Source: Acidobacteriota bacterium
GTDB taxonomy: Bacteria > Acidobacteriota > UBA6911 > RPQK01 > JAJDTT01
NCBI GenBank assembly: GCA_965217775.1
Contig: CBDCJH010000002.1
Coordinates: 6,208,001 to 6,272,000 of the forward strand
Length of the DNA stretch: 64,000 nucleotides
Direction: 5' to 3'
This document shows, one piece after another, positions 50,599 to 60,119 of the stretch. The notes beneath the pieces were generated by a model. The model searched no databases, was not told the origin of the DNA, and saw nothing but the letters and a program-made list of their open reading frames with translations. The position numbers were made by a program, and so were the translations under genes. Each line of letters opens with the position of its first letter. The stretch's first letter is position 1.

Positions 50599-51729
50599 TC
50601 AGACTCGGACGCGGGCCCAGTGGACGCTGAGACAGCGTTCGTTCTCGCCGGCGTAGTAGGCGAGCAGAACCAGATCGTCTTCCAACAGGACCGCGGCGGG
50701 GTGGCCGAAGGTCCACTTCACCATGTCCTCCCAGAATTCGCTCAGATCCTCTCGATCGCCCATACCCCGCTCATTGGGTCCCCCGGAGGCGTAGACCACC
50801 AACTCCTCCGGCAGTTTCCAGGTTCTGCCTTCATCCGGCGACATGACCAACCGTAGGCTGCCCGGGGGATGGCGGTGCACATAGAAGAGGCCCAGCCGGC
50901 CATCGGGCAACGGCACGGGGACGGCGATCTGTCCCCGGATCCCCGTGGAGAAGGGTGGCTCCCAGGTCAGGGTCTCCGGGTCGCCCCAGGACAAATGGAT
51001 GTCCAGGTCCTTCCGCGACACGCGGTCATAGGTCCAGAAGGCGGCCACCGGGCGTCCCGTCCGAGGGCAGACCGCCTGGCGCTGGTCGTAGAAGAAGAGG
51101 CGGTCCGCCGGATCTCTGGCTACGTCGACGACCCGATCGAAAGTCCCTTCCTCCTCCAGCAGGGCATGAGCCGAGTGGAGGCTCGGCCCCCCCTCCCGCT
51201 CCGGTTCCTGACGTTCGATCGGCACCAGCCAACCGCGGCCCGGAACCCGGATCGGGCTTCCGGCCAGGACCGGGTAGTTCCACGGTGACGTGTCCAGGAC
51301 TTCATAGCCGGACCAGGTCGCACCTCCATCCGTGGAGCGGGCCTGGATGATGCGGCACGGCGCCACGTGATCGCCCCCGCTGTCATACAGGGGCCGGCCT
51401 CCCGATCGGTGAAGCCAAGTGAGAAACGCCAGCAGAGTGCCGTCCGATCTGGGGACGATTTCGGCTGCCCGCACCTCTCCCGGAACACCGGTGAAGGCTG
51501 GACGAAAACTGTCGGAGACAATCTGCCAATGCCTGCCGCCATCGACACTCGAAGCCACGAGGCAGTTGCCGTCCGCCGACTCCTTGTCGCTTCCCCGGCG
51601 GAAGGTGGCCAGCACTTGTCCACCGGGCAGCCGGCACAGAGAAGTGAAGCAATGGGACCTCTTGCCTCCCCTCAGGTTCTCGGCGTCGACGATGAAACCC
51701 TGCTCCACGATTTCCATGAGGATCCCCAT
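50599..51729 (-). CDS. BNR/Asp-box sialidase-fold protein, no signal peptide
   Basis: SVDGGRHW, STDGGATW, SPDEGRTW Asp boxes. Confidence 0.8.
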   Translation of the reverse strand: MGILMEIVEQGFIVDAENLRGGKRSHCFTSLCRLPGGQVLATFRRGSDKESADGNCLVASSVDGGRHWQIVSDSFRPAFTGVPGEVRAAEIVPRSDGTLLAFLTWLHRSGGRPLYDSGGDHVAPCRIIQARSTDGGATWSGYEVLDTSPWNYPVLAGSPIRVPGRGWLVPIERQEPEREGGPSLHSAHALLEEEGTFDRVVDVARDPADRLFFYDQRQAVCPRTGRPVAAFWTYDRVSRKDLDIHLSWGDPETLTWEPPFSTGIRGQIAVPVPLPDGRLGLFYVHRHPPGSLRLVMSPDEGRTWKLPEELVVYASGGPNERGMGDREDLSEFWEDMVKWTFGHPAAVLLEDDLVLLAYYAGENERCLSVHWARVRV

Positions 51730-51843
51730 TCGCTGATCTCTTCACTCTCCGGAGCCACGTAAGTCGAATAGAAACAGCGCCAGCAAGTAGTCTGCTCGCC
51801 CAACTTCTTCTCTCACTCCTCGTTCCTCGCTCCTCCTCTTCCC

Positions 51844-53037
51844 TTATCCGGTCACACCGTAGATTCGGGCAACGTTTCCTCCCAGGACCAGACTGCGGTC
51901 CTCCTCGGTCATGAACTCGGTGTGGTGGCGGATGGTGTCGATGCACTGCTTGTAGGTGCAGGCTCGCCCCGCCCACGGCATGTCGGCTCCCCAGATCATC
52001 ACCCGGGCTCCGAAGCGCTCGTAGATTCTCCGGATCATCTCCTTGTGCCTCGGGTACGGGAATTCGGAATCTTTCGCTCCCCAGACCGCCTCGTTCTCCC
52101 AGGCCAGGACGTAACCGAACTCCAGGTGGAAGTTGCCCAGCTTGAAGAGCTCGAAGAACTCCGTCGGGTTGTCCACATGGTTGGGATCGGAGGGCGGCAG
52201 CACGTTGCTGCCCTGATGGGCGTTCACCACCTGCAGTTCCGGGAACCGGCGGCAGACGTTTTCGATTTCTCCGATCTCCCGGAGGTAGTCGGCCCTGGAG
52301 TTGAAACCGGTCTCCAGAAACACCGGGATCTTCAACCGGATGCAGGCCTTCCAGAGGGCGTCGGCGCGGGGGTCGTCCCGGGGTTGCCCCTTGGGCAGGT
52401 GGGAGCAGAGTCCCCGGTATCCCAGTTCGTCGACGGCTCTTTCCAGTGTTTCCAACTCTACCGCAAGCTGCCGGTCGTCCTTGGTCAGGTCGTAGTCGAT
52501 GTCGGTGGTTCCGATGAAACGGTCGGGCCAACGGCGAATGCAATTGGCGTAGTAGACCTCCCGGCCCCAGACCTTGGCCATGTATCCGGTCTGGATCACT
52601 CCCATGTCCACGCCCACGATGTCCATGTGGGCCAACATCTGCTCGGGCTCATGGATGGGGTCGCCCATGGTCTGGGGCCCGCGGCGGATCCAGCAGTCCT
52701 CGCCATGTTTCCGCCATCTCCAGATGCCGTATTTCCCCTGTGTGAACCCGATTTCCTCGTCCGGTTCCGGGATGTACCCGGGATCGGTGTGGCTGGCGAC
52801 GAACCTCCCCCAGAGGCTCCGGACGGCGCCCTGCATGATGCGATTGTGAGTATCCGGATCGTCGTATCCGAGGGGGCCGGTCTGATCGGGAAAGACGTGA
52901 ACGTGGTGGTCGATGACCAGGGAGCGCTTGGGAGTTTCGGAGGAACAACCCGAGGCCGTCCAGCTACCGGCGAGTCCGGGGACGGCCAGAGCGGCCGAGC
53001 CGGTCAGAAAACGGCGTCGATCCAGGTTCGGGTTCAT
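51844..53037 (-). CDS. Tat-exported amidohydrolase_2 family protein (possible lipoprotein)
   Basis: DRRRFL twin-arginine, ASGC, IDHHVH, WGADMPW, LGGNVAR; AAGGAG RBS. Confidence 0.85.
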   Translation of the reverse strand: MNPNLDRRRFLTGSAALAVPGLAGSWTASGCSSETPKRSLVIDHHVHVFPDQTGPLGYDDPDTHNRIMQGAVRSLWGRFVASHTDPGYIPEPDEEIGFTQGKYGIWRWRKHGEDCWIRRGPQTMGDPIHEPEQMLAHMDIVGVDMGVIQTGYMAKVWGREVYYANCIRRWPDRFIGTTDIDYDLTKDDRQLAVELETLERAVDELGYRGLCSHLPKGQPRDDPRADALWKACIRLKIPVFLETGFNSRADYLREIGEIENVCRRFPELQVVNAHQGSNVLPPSDPNHVDNPTEFFELFKLGNFHLEFGYVLAWENEAVWGAKDSEFPYPRHKEMIRRIYERFGARVMIWGADMPWAGRACTYKQCIDTIRHHTEFMTEEDRSLVLGGNVARIYGVTG

Positions 53038-53208
53038 GGCGGCAGCTCCTTTCGGGTTTTGGGTTTCAGACAACATCCGAGGTCACCCGGTGTCGTCGTC
53101 CCGGCAATGCCCGGCATCTTGTGCCCTTTCGGAACGTGACCTATCATGATGGGCGGCCGGCCGCAAGCGAGCGTGCCGGGACTTCGGAACGCCAACGGGA
53201 GCGAATCC

Positions 53209-54312
53209 ATGGACGCTATTGACTACGGCATTTTCATCATGCCCTTCCACCCCGCAGAGAAGCCTCGGGCCCAATGCCATGACGAGGACCTGGAGCTGAT
53301 CATTCGGGCCGAGGAACTCGGATTCAGCGAGTTCTGGATCGGTGAGCATCACACCATGAAGTACGAGAACATCGTGATGCCGGAGATCTTCATCGCACGG
53401 GCCCTGGGGGAGACCAGCCGGATTCGGATGGGCCCGGCTCCGGTCTGTCTCAATCAGCACCATCCGGCCCATGTGGCGTGCCGGCTGGCCTTTCTGGACC
53501 ACCTTTCCAAGGGGCGGCTCAATCTCTGCTTCGGACCGGGCAGCGTACCGGCGGATATGGAAATTTACGGCTTGAAGCCCAAGGACGCCTCTCAGATGGC
53601 GTCCGAGGCCACCGACATCATCCTGAAGCTGTGGGAATCGGATCCTCCGTATGAGTACGACGGGCAGTTCTGGTCCATCCGCCTCAACGATTATGTCGAC
53701 GATGAGTCGGGAGTCGGCTTCATCCCCAAGCCTTTCCAGCGTCCTCATCCCCCTATCGCCGCTCCGGGCACGAGCCGCAATTCCGGGACCATGAAAGCAG
53801 CCGGACGGAGGGGATTCCAGCCCTTCGGACATTGTCTGGTGACGTCCAACGTTCTGAAGGATTTGTGGCAGACCTACGAAGAGGCCTCTCTGGAGGCGGG
53901 GCGCACGCCGGATCGGAAGGACTTCAAGATCGCGCGATCCATTTTTCTGGCCGACACCACGGAGGAGGCTCGTGCCCGCGCCCGGAACAATTCCGTGGCC
54001 GGCAACTACGAATACATCGGCGGGCTCCTCGACAAGGGACCGGGACGCGGGATGTTCAAGCGGGATCTGGCCATGAGCGACGCCGATTGCAATCTGGATT
54101 TCCTGATGACGGAGCAGATCATCGCGGGAGATGTGGACGAAGTGTTGCGCCGGCTGTTGCTCATGGTGGAGGAGACCGGCCCCTTCGGCACCCTGATTCT
54201 CATGTGTTACGACTGGGACGACAAGACGAGCTGGCTCCGCAGTCTGGAGCTTTTTGCCAAGGAGCTCATGCCTGCGCTGAACCGGGCGGTCGGCGTGCCG
54301 GCGGTTGCCTGA
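53209..54312 (+). CDS. Luciferase-like (LLM) flavin-dependent oxidoreductase
   Basis: AEELGFSEFWIGEHH, LDHLSKGRL, PKPFQRPHPP, SLELFAKELMP. Confidence 0.9.
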   Translation: MDAIDYGIFIMPFHPAEKPRAQCHDEDLELIIRAEELGFSEFWIGEHHTMKYENIVMPEIFIARALGETSRIRMGPAPVCLNQHHPAHVACRLAFLDHLSKGRLNLCFGPGSVPADMEIYGLKPKDASQMASEATDIILKLWESDPPYEYDGQFWSIRLNDYVDDESGVGFIPKPFQRPHPPIAAPGTSRNSGTMKAAGRRGFQPFGHCLVTSNVLKDLWQTYEEASLEAGRTPDRKDFKIARSIFLADTTEEARARARNNSVAGNYEYIGGLLDKGPGRGMFKRDLAMSDADCNLDFLMTEQIIAGDVDEVLRRLLLMVEETGPFGTLILMCYDWDDKTSWLRSLELFAKELMPALNRAVGVPAVA

Positions 54313-54356
54313 GTTCACGGAAGAGCCCGCCGGGCCTGATCCGGAACCCCTGAAAA

Positions 54357-55535
54357 ATGAAGCTGAGCCAGGACGTGGTCGATCGTGTGAACCGGGCCGT
54401 CCGTCCGGACCGGCTGACGGAATTGGCCGTCGAACTGATCCGGATCCCCAGCCCCACGCAGAATGCCGCCGAGGTGGCGGGCCGACTGGCGGAGGTTCTG
54501 GCGGCCGAGGGTTTCGAGGTCGGTCGACCGGAGGCCGCGTGGCCCCGGTCCCCGGCCGTGGTCACCCGATTCAAGACGGGAGTTCCGGGGCGAACCCTCC
54601 AGTTCAACGGCCATCTGGACACGGTGCATCTCCCCTTCGTTCCACCCCGCATCGAGGATGGAGTCCTCTACGGGAGTGGCGCCTCGGACATGAAGGCGGG
54701 AGTGGCCGCCATGTGCGAGGCCTTGCTGGCGGTTCGGGATTCGGGCGTCCTGGAAGCAGGCGGGATCCTGCTGACGGCTCACGATCTGCACGAGGCTCCA
54801 TGGGGCCGGGGCCAGCAGTTGGCGGCGCTGATCGAGGAGGGCTATGTGGGAGACGCGGCGCTGTTGCCGGAGTATCTCTCCAGCACTCTCCCGGTCGTGG
54901 GCCGGGGCATGGCCAATGTGGAAGTGACCGTCAGCCGGCAGGGAACCCCGGTGCATGAGGTTTTGGGTGGCCTGGAGCAGCCGCGCGTGATCGGCGCCGG
55001 CGCCGGCCTGGTGACCCGGCTCGAAGCCGTCGACCGGAGCTTGACCGGCAGTACCCATCCGCTGGCCGGGCGGGAGAGCCTCTTCATCGGCAAGGTTGCC
55101 GGGGGAGAGATCTACAACCAGTCCCCGACCGAGTTTCGTCTCGCCGGCACCTGCAGGTGGTTGCCGGGGACGGCCGTGGATGAGGTGCGGAAACGGTTTC
55201 TGGAGGCCGTCGACGGGATGGAGCAACGCCCGGGCATCCAGGTCGACGCTCAGTTTCACTACCGGCGGGACGCCTTCGAGATGAACCTGGAGCATCCCCT
55301 GGTCGGCGCGTTTCAGGACTCCTGCCAGGCCGTCATGGGGCGACCCCTGCCCCATGGAGCCAAACCCTTCATCGATGACGGCAATACGCTGAGGGAGTTG
55401 GCCGGCATCGAGACCATCACCCACGGCCCCCGGGCCACGGGCGCTCACACCACGGGGGAGCAGGTCCCGCTGGACGACCTGGTCCGCGTGGCTCGGGTCT
55501 ACGCTTGCACCGCGGTTGCGTTCTGCTCCGGATAG
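54357..55535 (+). CDS. M20 (ArgE/DapE-like) metallo-hydrolase
   Basis: FNGHLDTV, GSGASDMKAG, GAHTTGE; the usual DEE motif reads DLHE. Confidence 0.85.
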   Translation: MKLSQDVVDRVNRAVRPDRLTELAVELIRIPSPTQNAAEVAGRLAEVLAAEGFEVGRPEAAWPRSPAVVTRFKTGVPGRTLQFNGHLDTVHLPFVPPRIEDGVLYGSGASDMKAGVAAMCEALLAVRDSGVLEAGGILLTAHDLHEAPWGRGQQLAALIEEGYVGDAALLPEYLSSTLPVVGRGMANVEVTVSRQGTPVHEVLGGLEQPRVIGAGAGLVTRLEAVDRSLTGSTHPLAGRESLFIGKVAGGEIYNQSPTEFRLAGTCRWLPGTAVDEVRKRFLEAVDGMEQRPGIQVDAQFHYRRDAFEMNLEHPLVGAFQDSCQAVMGRPLPHGAKPFIDDGNTLRELAGIETITHGPRATGAHTTGEQVPLDDLVRVARVYACTAVAFCSG

Positions 55536-55555
55536 AAAAGAGAAAAGAGGAAAGA

Positions 55556-56986
55556 GTGAAGGAAAAAAATTCGTACTCACAGCGGGGGCGAGGGGAGCCG
55601 GAAGTCGTTTCCCGGACCGATTCCTTTCCTCCCGAAAGGATGGGAGAGGAACAGTTCCTGCGTCAGATCCTGGTGCGGGCCCAGATGAGCGAGTTCGCCG
55701 CGGATCCTTTCATCATGTCCCGGGCCAGCGGGGTCCACTACTGGGACGTTCACGGCAAGCAGTACCTGGACGGGATCTCGGGAATCTACGTGGTCTCCGT
55801 GGGACATTCCAATCCTCGGGTGATGGACGCGATTCGACGGCAGATGGAGGTGCTGCATTTCTCCCCCACCATGCATGGCAGCAATCCACTGGCCGTCGAA
55901 CTGGCCAATCGCCTGGTGGCCGTCGCTCCCGGCGACCTGGACGCGGTCAAGTTTCTGAGCGGAGGATCGGAGGTGACCGAGGCGGCCATCACCATGGCCC
56001 GCCAGTACCACCGGTTGACCGGGAACGCGGGCAAGTACAAGATCATTTCCCGCTACCAGTCGTGGCATGGATCGACCATGGGGTCCCTCTCCGCATCGGG
56101 ACTGACCAGCCGCCGGAGCATGCGGGAACCGCTGGCCCCGGGTTTCATCCACGTCTTCCCCCCCACCTGCTACCGCTGTCCCTTCGGCAAGGAGTATCCG
56201 GACTGCGAGATCACCTGCGTCAGCCTCATCGGCGACGTGATCGAGAATGAGGGACCGGAGACCGTGGCCGCCGTCATCGTGGAGCCCATCGGCCACACCG
56301 GGGGCATCATCGAGCCGCCCGAGGAATACCTGCCCAAGCTGCGGGAAATCTGCGACCGCCATAACGTCCTTCTCATTTTCGACGAGATCATCACCGGCAT
56401 GGGCCGCACCGGACAGATGTTCGCCGCCGAGACTTTCGGCGTCCTTCCCGACCTTCTCTGTGTGGGGAAGGGGCTGTCGGGCGGGTACGCCCCCCTTTCG
56501 GCGATGCTCTGCCGCAGGCACATCGCCGACACCTTCTGGGGGGACCCCGCCACCAATCCCGGGTTCGTCGCCGGTCACACCTATGAGGGGAACCCCATCT
56601 CCTGCACGGCGGGCCTGGCGACTCTGGCCGAGATCGTGGAGCGGGATCTCTGCGCCAACGCCAGACACGTTGGAGGTCATCTCCGGCGCGGATTGGAAGG
56701 GCTCCGCCGCCACGGCATCATCGGCGACATCCGGGGCCGGGGACTCTTCCTGGGCCTGGAATTCGTCCGGAACCCGGAGACCAGGGAACCCTTCTCCGAC
56801 CGGATCTCCATCGGAAAGCGCATCGGAAAACGAGCCCTCGAACATGGATTGCTGACCCGGTTCGATCCCAACTGGATCGCACTGGGTCCGCCTCTCGTTC
56901 TGACGACGGCGGAGGCCGATCAGATCGTCGAGATTCTGGATCGGAGTATCGGGGAAGTACTCGAGGAGTTGGAGGAATCGGAGTGA
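55556..56986 (+). CDS. Class III PLP aminotransferase
   Basis: GKQYLDG, SGGSE, LLIFDEIITGMGRTG, GKGLSGG, GHTY; start could be ATG 55640. Confidence 0.92.
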   Translation: MKEKNSYSQRGRGEPEVVSRTDSFPPERMGEEQFLRQILVRAQMSEFAADPFIMSRASGVHYWDVHGKQYLDGISGIYVVSVGHSNPRVMDAIRRQMEVLHFSPTMHGSNPLAVELANRLVAVAPGDLDAVKFLSGGSEVTEAAITMARQYHRLTGNAGKYKIISRYQSWHGSTMGSLSASGLTSRRSMREPLAPGFIHVFPPTCYRCPFGKEYPDCEITCVSLIGDVIENEGPETVAAVIVEPIGHTGGIIEPPEEYLPKLREICDRHNVLLIFDEIITGMGRTGQMFAAETFGVLPDLLCVGKGLSGGYAPLSAMLCRRHIADTFWGDPATNPGFVAGHTYEGNPISCTAGLATLAEIVERDLCANARHVGGHLRRGLEGLRRHGIIGDIRGRGLFLGLEFVRNPETREPFSDRISIGKRIGKRALEHGLLTRFDPNWIALGPPLVLTTAEADQIVEILDRSIGEVLEELEESE

Positions 56987-58158
56987 CGAGCGCCGCTGAA
57001 GACTACGATCTGCTTCTGAAAGGGGGGACCGTGATCGACCCGGCCAACGGCCGGCGAGGCCTCCTGGACGTGGCCGTCAAGGGGGGCCGGGTGGCGGCCG
57101 TGGCCCGCGACCTTCCGGTCCAGGATTCGGCCGAAGTGCTGGATACCTCCGGCCTCCTGGTGGTGCCGGGCCTCATCGACCTGCACACGCACGTCTACGA
57201 AGGCGTCTCCTTCCTGGGGATCGAGGCGGACGATCTCTGTCCACGCACCGGGGTCACCACCGTCGTCGACACCGGCTCGGCCGGCTGGATCAACTACAGG
57301 GGGCTGGAGCGATACGTGATCGGGCCCTCCGAGACTCGCATCTTCGGTTACGTGAACCTCTCCGGCGTGGGCCTTCCCTCGCGCCGGGGGGAACTGGTCC
57401 ATCACGACTATCTGGATGCCGGCGAGTGCGCCGAATGCGTCCTTCGCCATCCGGAGACGGCCTTGGGGGTCAAGGTCCGTCTCTACGCGGGAGTGGCCGG
57501 CCGGATGGACCTGCGGGACGTCCTGAAGGCGTCCGTGGAGGCGGCGAAGGAATGCGGCAAGCCACTCATGATTCACATCAGCGGATCGGACGTGGCGTTG
57601 GAGGACCTGCTTCCACCCCTTCGAACCGGCGACGTGGTGACTCATTGTTGCCACGGAACCGAGGCCGCCTCGATCCTGGACGGGGAGGGGCGAATCCGGC
57701 CCGTGGTCCGGGATGCCAGGGAGCGCGGGATCCTGTTCGACGTGGGCCACGGCGTGGGCAGCTTCGCCTTCCGCATCGCCCGCCGGGCGGTGGCCGAGGG
57801 ATTTCTTCCCGACACCATCAGCACCGACATCCACACCCTGTCCATCAACTATCCCGTCTACGACCTCCCCACCACCCTCTCCAAGTTTCTGGGCCTGGGT
57901 CTCTCCCTGGACGAGGTCATCGAACGAGCCACCATCGAGCCCGCCCGGATCATCGGCATCGACTCCCAACTGGGACACCTCGGCGTGGGCGCCACCGCCG
58001 ACATCGCGGTGCTGGAGTTGGAGGAGGGCCGGTTCTCCTTCTTCGACGTGGAGCACGAGAAGATGGATGGGCCTCAGCGGCTCGTCTGCAGGGCCACCAT
58101 CAAGGACGGCAAGGTCTGGTGGCGCGCCGGTGAGGCCGGCCAGACGGCGGAGGCGTGA
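56983..58158 (+). CDS. COG3964 (Atu3266/EF_0837-like) amidohydrolase/deacetylase
   Basis: PGLIDLHTH, GVTTVVDTGSAG, GVKVR, DVGHG, ISTDIH. Confidence 0.85.
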   Translation: MTSAAEDYDLLLKGGTVIDPANGRRGLLDVAVKGGRVAAVARDLPVQDSAEVLDTSGLLVVPGLIDLHTHVYEGVSFLGIEADDLCPRTGVTTVVDTGSAGWINYRGLERYVIGPSETRIFGYVNLSGVGLPSRRGELVHHDYLDAGECAECVLRHPETALGVKVRLYAGVAGRMDLRDVLKASVEAAKECGKPLMIHISGSDVALEDLLPPLRTGDVVTHCCHGTEAASILDGEGRIRPVVRDARERGILFDVGHGVGSFAFRIARRAVAEGFLPDTISTDIHTLSINYPVYDLPTTLSKFLGLGLSLDEVIERATIEPARIIGIDSQLGHLGVGATADIAVLELEEGRFSFFDVEHEKMDGPQRLVCRATIKDGKVWWRAGEAGQTAEA

Positions 58159-58167
58159 CATCTCGCT

Positions 58168-59091
58168 TCAGAGAACCCCCAACCCTTGGAGATGATCCCG
58201 TAGGACCTCCATTTCCCGGCCGGTCAGGGAGTAGTGGGGCTTGCGTCTCCACCGTCCGGCGATGCCGTAGATCTCCAGCATGGCGTGCAGACCCGCGTCG
58301 AACCCTCCCTGAAGCTTCGCCAGAAAGTCGAACAGCGGCATGTCGTAGGTCTTGATCACCTCTCTGGCCCGAGCCAGGTTCCCATCCTGTATGGCGGACC
58401 AGTATTGGCGGGCGACGCGGGGGTGGAAGCCGACATAGGTCGACATGTATCCGTCGCAACCGTAAGGATGCAGCTCCAGGTGGTTCTGCTTCATGCCGCC
58501 GGAGAAGACCGCCCACCGCTCGTGCACCAACAGGCACATGCGCCGTGCAAACTGGCCGCGGACGTCATCCTTGACGGCCACGATCCCCTCGACCTGCTCC
58601 ACCAGGACCTTCAGAGTTTCCAGCGCGAAGTCGATCCCCCGGGCGGCATAGAGATTCGTCACCACCATCACCGGGACCTCCCGGGCCACGGCGCCATAGT
58701 GTTCCACCAGGGTCCGGGAGGTGCAGGAAGCGGCCCAGTCGGGTGGGAGCACCATCAGGACGTCGGCGCCCACCTCGCGGACGTACCGGGCGAAGTCCAC
58801 GGCACGGCTCGTGGAATGGTAGCGGTCCGCGGCCACCACCAGGGCGCGTCCGGCGGTCTGCTCGACGGTGACGCGGGTGACCTGGGCAATTTCGGAATCG
58901 CTCAGGATAAGGAAATGGCTGTCCCCTGCGGTGAGGAGGACGGTGCCGGCCCCGTTTTCGATGTTACGCTCGACGTGGTTTCTGAGACCCTCGTAATCTA
59001 CGCTGCCGTCCTTCGTGAAGGGAGTCCGAATCGATCCGAACGGGCCCGTCAGCGCCGACCGGATCTCCTTTCGAGTCAGATTTCGCTTCAT
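58168..59091 (-). CDS. DHDPS/NanA family class I aldolase-like protein
   Basis: TPFTKDGSVDY, Schiff-base Lys in IVAVKDD; TAGDS replaces GxxGE. Confidence 0.82.
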   Translation of the reverse strand: MKRNLTRKEIRSALTGPFGSIRTPFTKDGSVDYEGLRNHVERNIENGAGTVLLTAGDSHFLILSDSEIAQVTRVTVEQTAGRALVVAADRYHSTSRAVDFARYVREVGADVLMVLPPDWAASCTSRTLVEHYGAVAREVPVMVVTNLYAARGIDFALETLKVLVEQVEGIVAVKDDVRGQFARRMCLLVHERWAVFSGGMKQNHLELHPYGCDGYMSTYVGFHPRVARQYWSAIQDGNLARAREVIKTYDMPLFDFLAKLQGGFDAGLHAMLEIYGIAGRWRRKPHYSLTGREMEVLRDHLQGLGVL

Positions 59092-59119
59092 GATGCAGGT
59101 CTCCGGATTCGAAGCCGGG

Positions 59120-60109
59120 TCAATACCCGGCCCTCTTGTCGACCAACCCTTCCAACGGCTGACCTCGCCGAAATCGTCTCAGATTCCGAAAGAACAGGTC
59201 CAGGACAACGTCCTCCTGCTCCCTGGAAGTGCCCCGGCAAGGAGTCACCACCACCTGGGGATATTTCCAGAATCTGGAATTCGCCGCCGGCATCCGGACG
59301 CCCGGGTGTCGACCCGACGGCTGCACGCAGACACCGGCGATCCATCCCTCCGCCAGCGCCCGCTCCAGAGCCGCGTAATCGAACAGGGGCGGCCGGCCGG
59401 ACGAGTCGATGAGATAGGCCGAAGGCTTCATGGACCGGAGCTGAGACCGCCCCATGAAGCCACGCGTCTCCGTCGTCAGGGGCACCGCCAGTACCACGAA
59501 GTCGGCCGCCGTGAGAAGTTCCGGCAGCCGGTCCGCGGAGAAGAGTCCGTCAACCGAGTCGACCCGGCGGCGAGGGCGCCGCGCTGTTCCGAGGACCCGC
59601 ATCCCCAGGGAACTGCAGACCCGGGCGATGGCCCGGCCCATGTACCCGAGGCCGATGATTCCCACCGTCTTTCCAGCCAGATCGAACGGTTGAAGCTCCC
59701 CGTCCCGTCCCGGGTCCCACTGAGTCATGGGTGGTCGGCGCAGATGATGGATCCGGCGGGAGAAGAGCAACATGGCGGCGAGGGCGTGCTCCGCGCCGGC
59801 GGTCCCGAAGCAGGGCTTGGAGCAGGTCAGGGGAATCGGACTCTCCACCAGTTCGGCAAACAGGTAGTGGCCGGCTCCGCCGACCATGGCATGGATCCAG
59901 CCAAGATGCCTTCCCCGGGCCAGAATCTCCGGGTCGAGGGCTCCCACCTGCATGACCTGGGCGTCCGCGACCTCCTTCAGAATGGTCTTGCGGTCGGCCG
60001 AGACGACGATTTCGATCCCGTCGCATTCTTCGACCGCGGCCCGCTCCAGGATTCGGTCGCGCCATGTCTCCCAGGTGACCAGGATCTTGTCGACTCTCGG
60101 CAGTGGCAA
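59120..60109 (-). CDS. D-2-hydroxyacid dehydrogenase-like NAD(P)-binding protein
   Basis: LAGKTVGIIGLGYMG, VPLTTET, MKPSAYLI, VDKRAGY; TTG start. Confidence 0.85.
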   Translation of the reverse strand: MPLPRVDKILVTWETWRDRILERAAVEECDGIEIVVSADRKTILKEVADAQVMQVGALDPEILARGRHLGWIHAMVGGAGHYLFAELVESPIPLTCSKPCFGTAGAEHALAAMLLFSRRIHHLRRPPMTQWDPGRDGELQPFDLAGKTVGIIGLGYMGRAIARVCSSLGMRVLGTARRPRRRVDSVDGLFSADRLPELLTAADFVVLAVPLTTETRGFMGRSQLRSMKPSAYLIDSSGRPPLFDYAALERALAEGWIAGVCVQPSGRHPGVRMPAANSRFWKYPQVVVTPCRGTSREQEDVVLDLFFRNLRRFRRGQPLEGLVDKRAGY

Positions 60110-60119
60110 ATGACGATTC

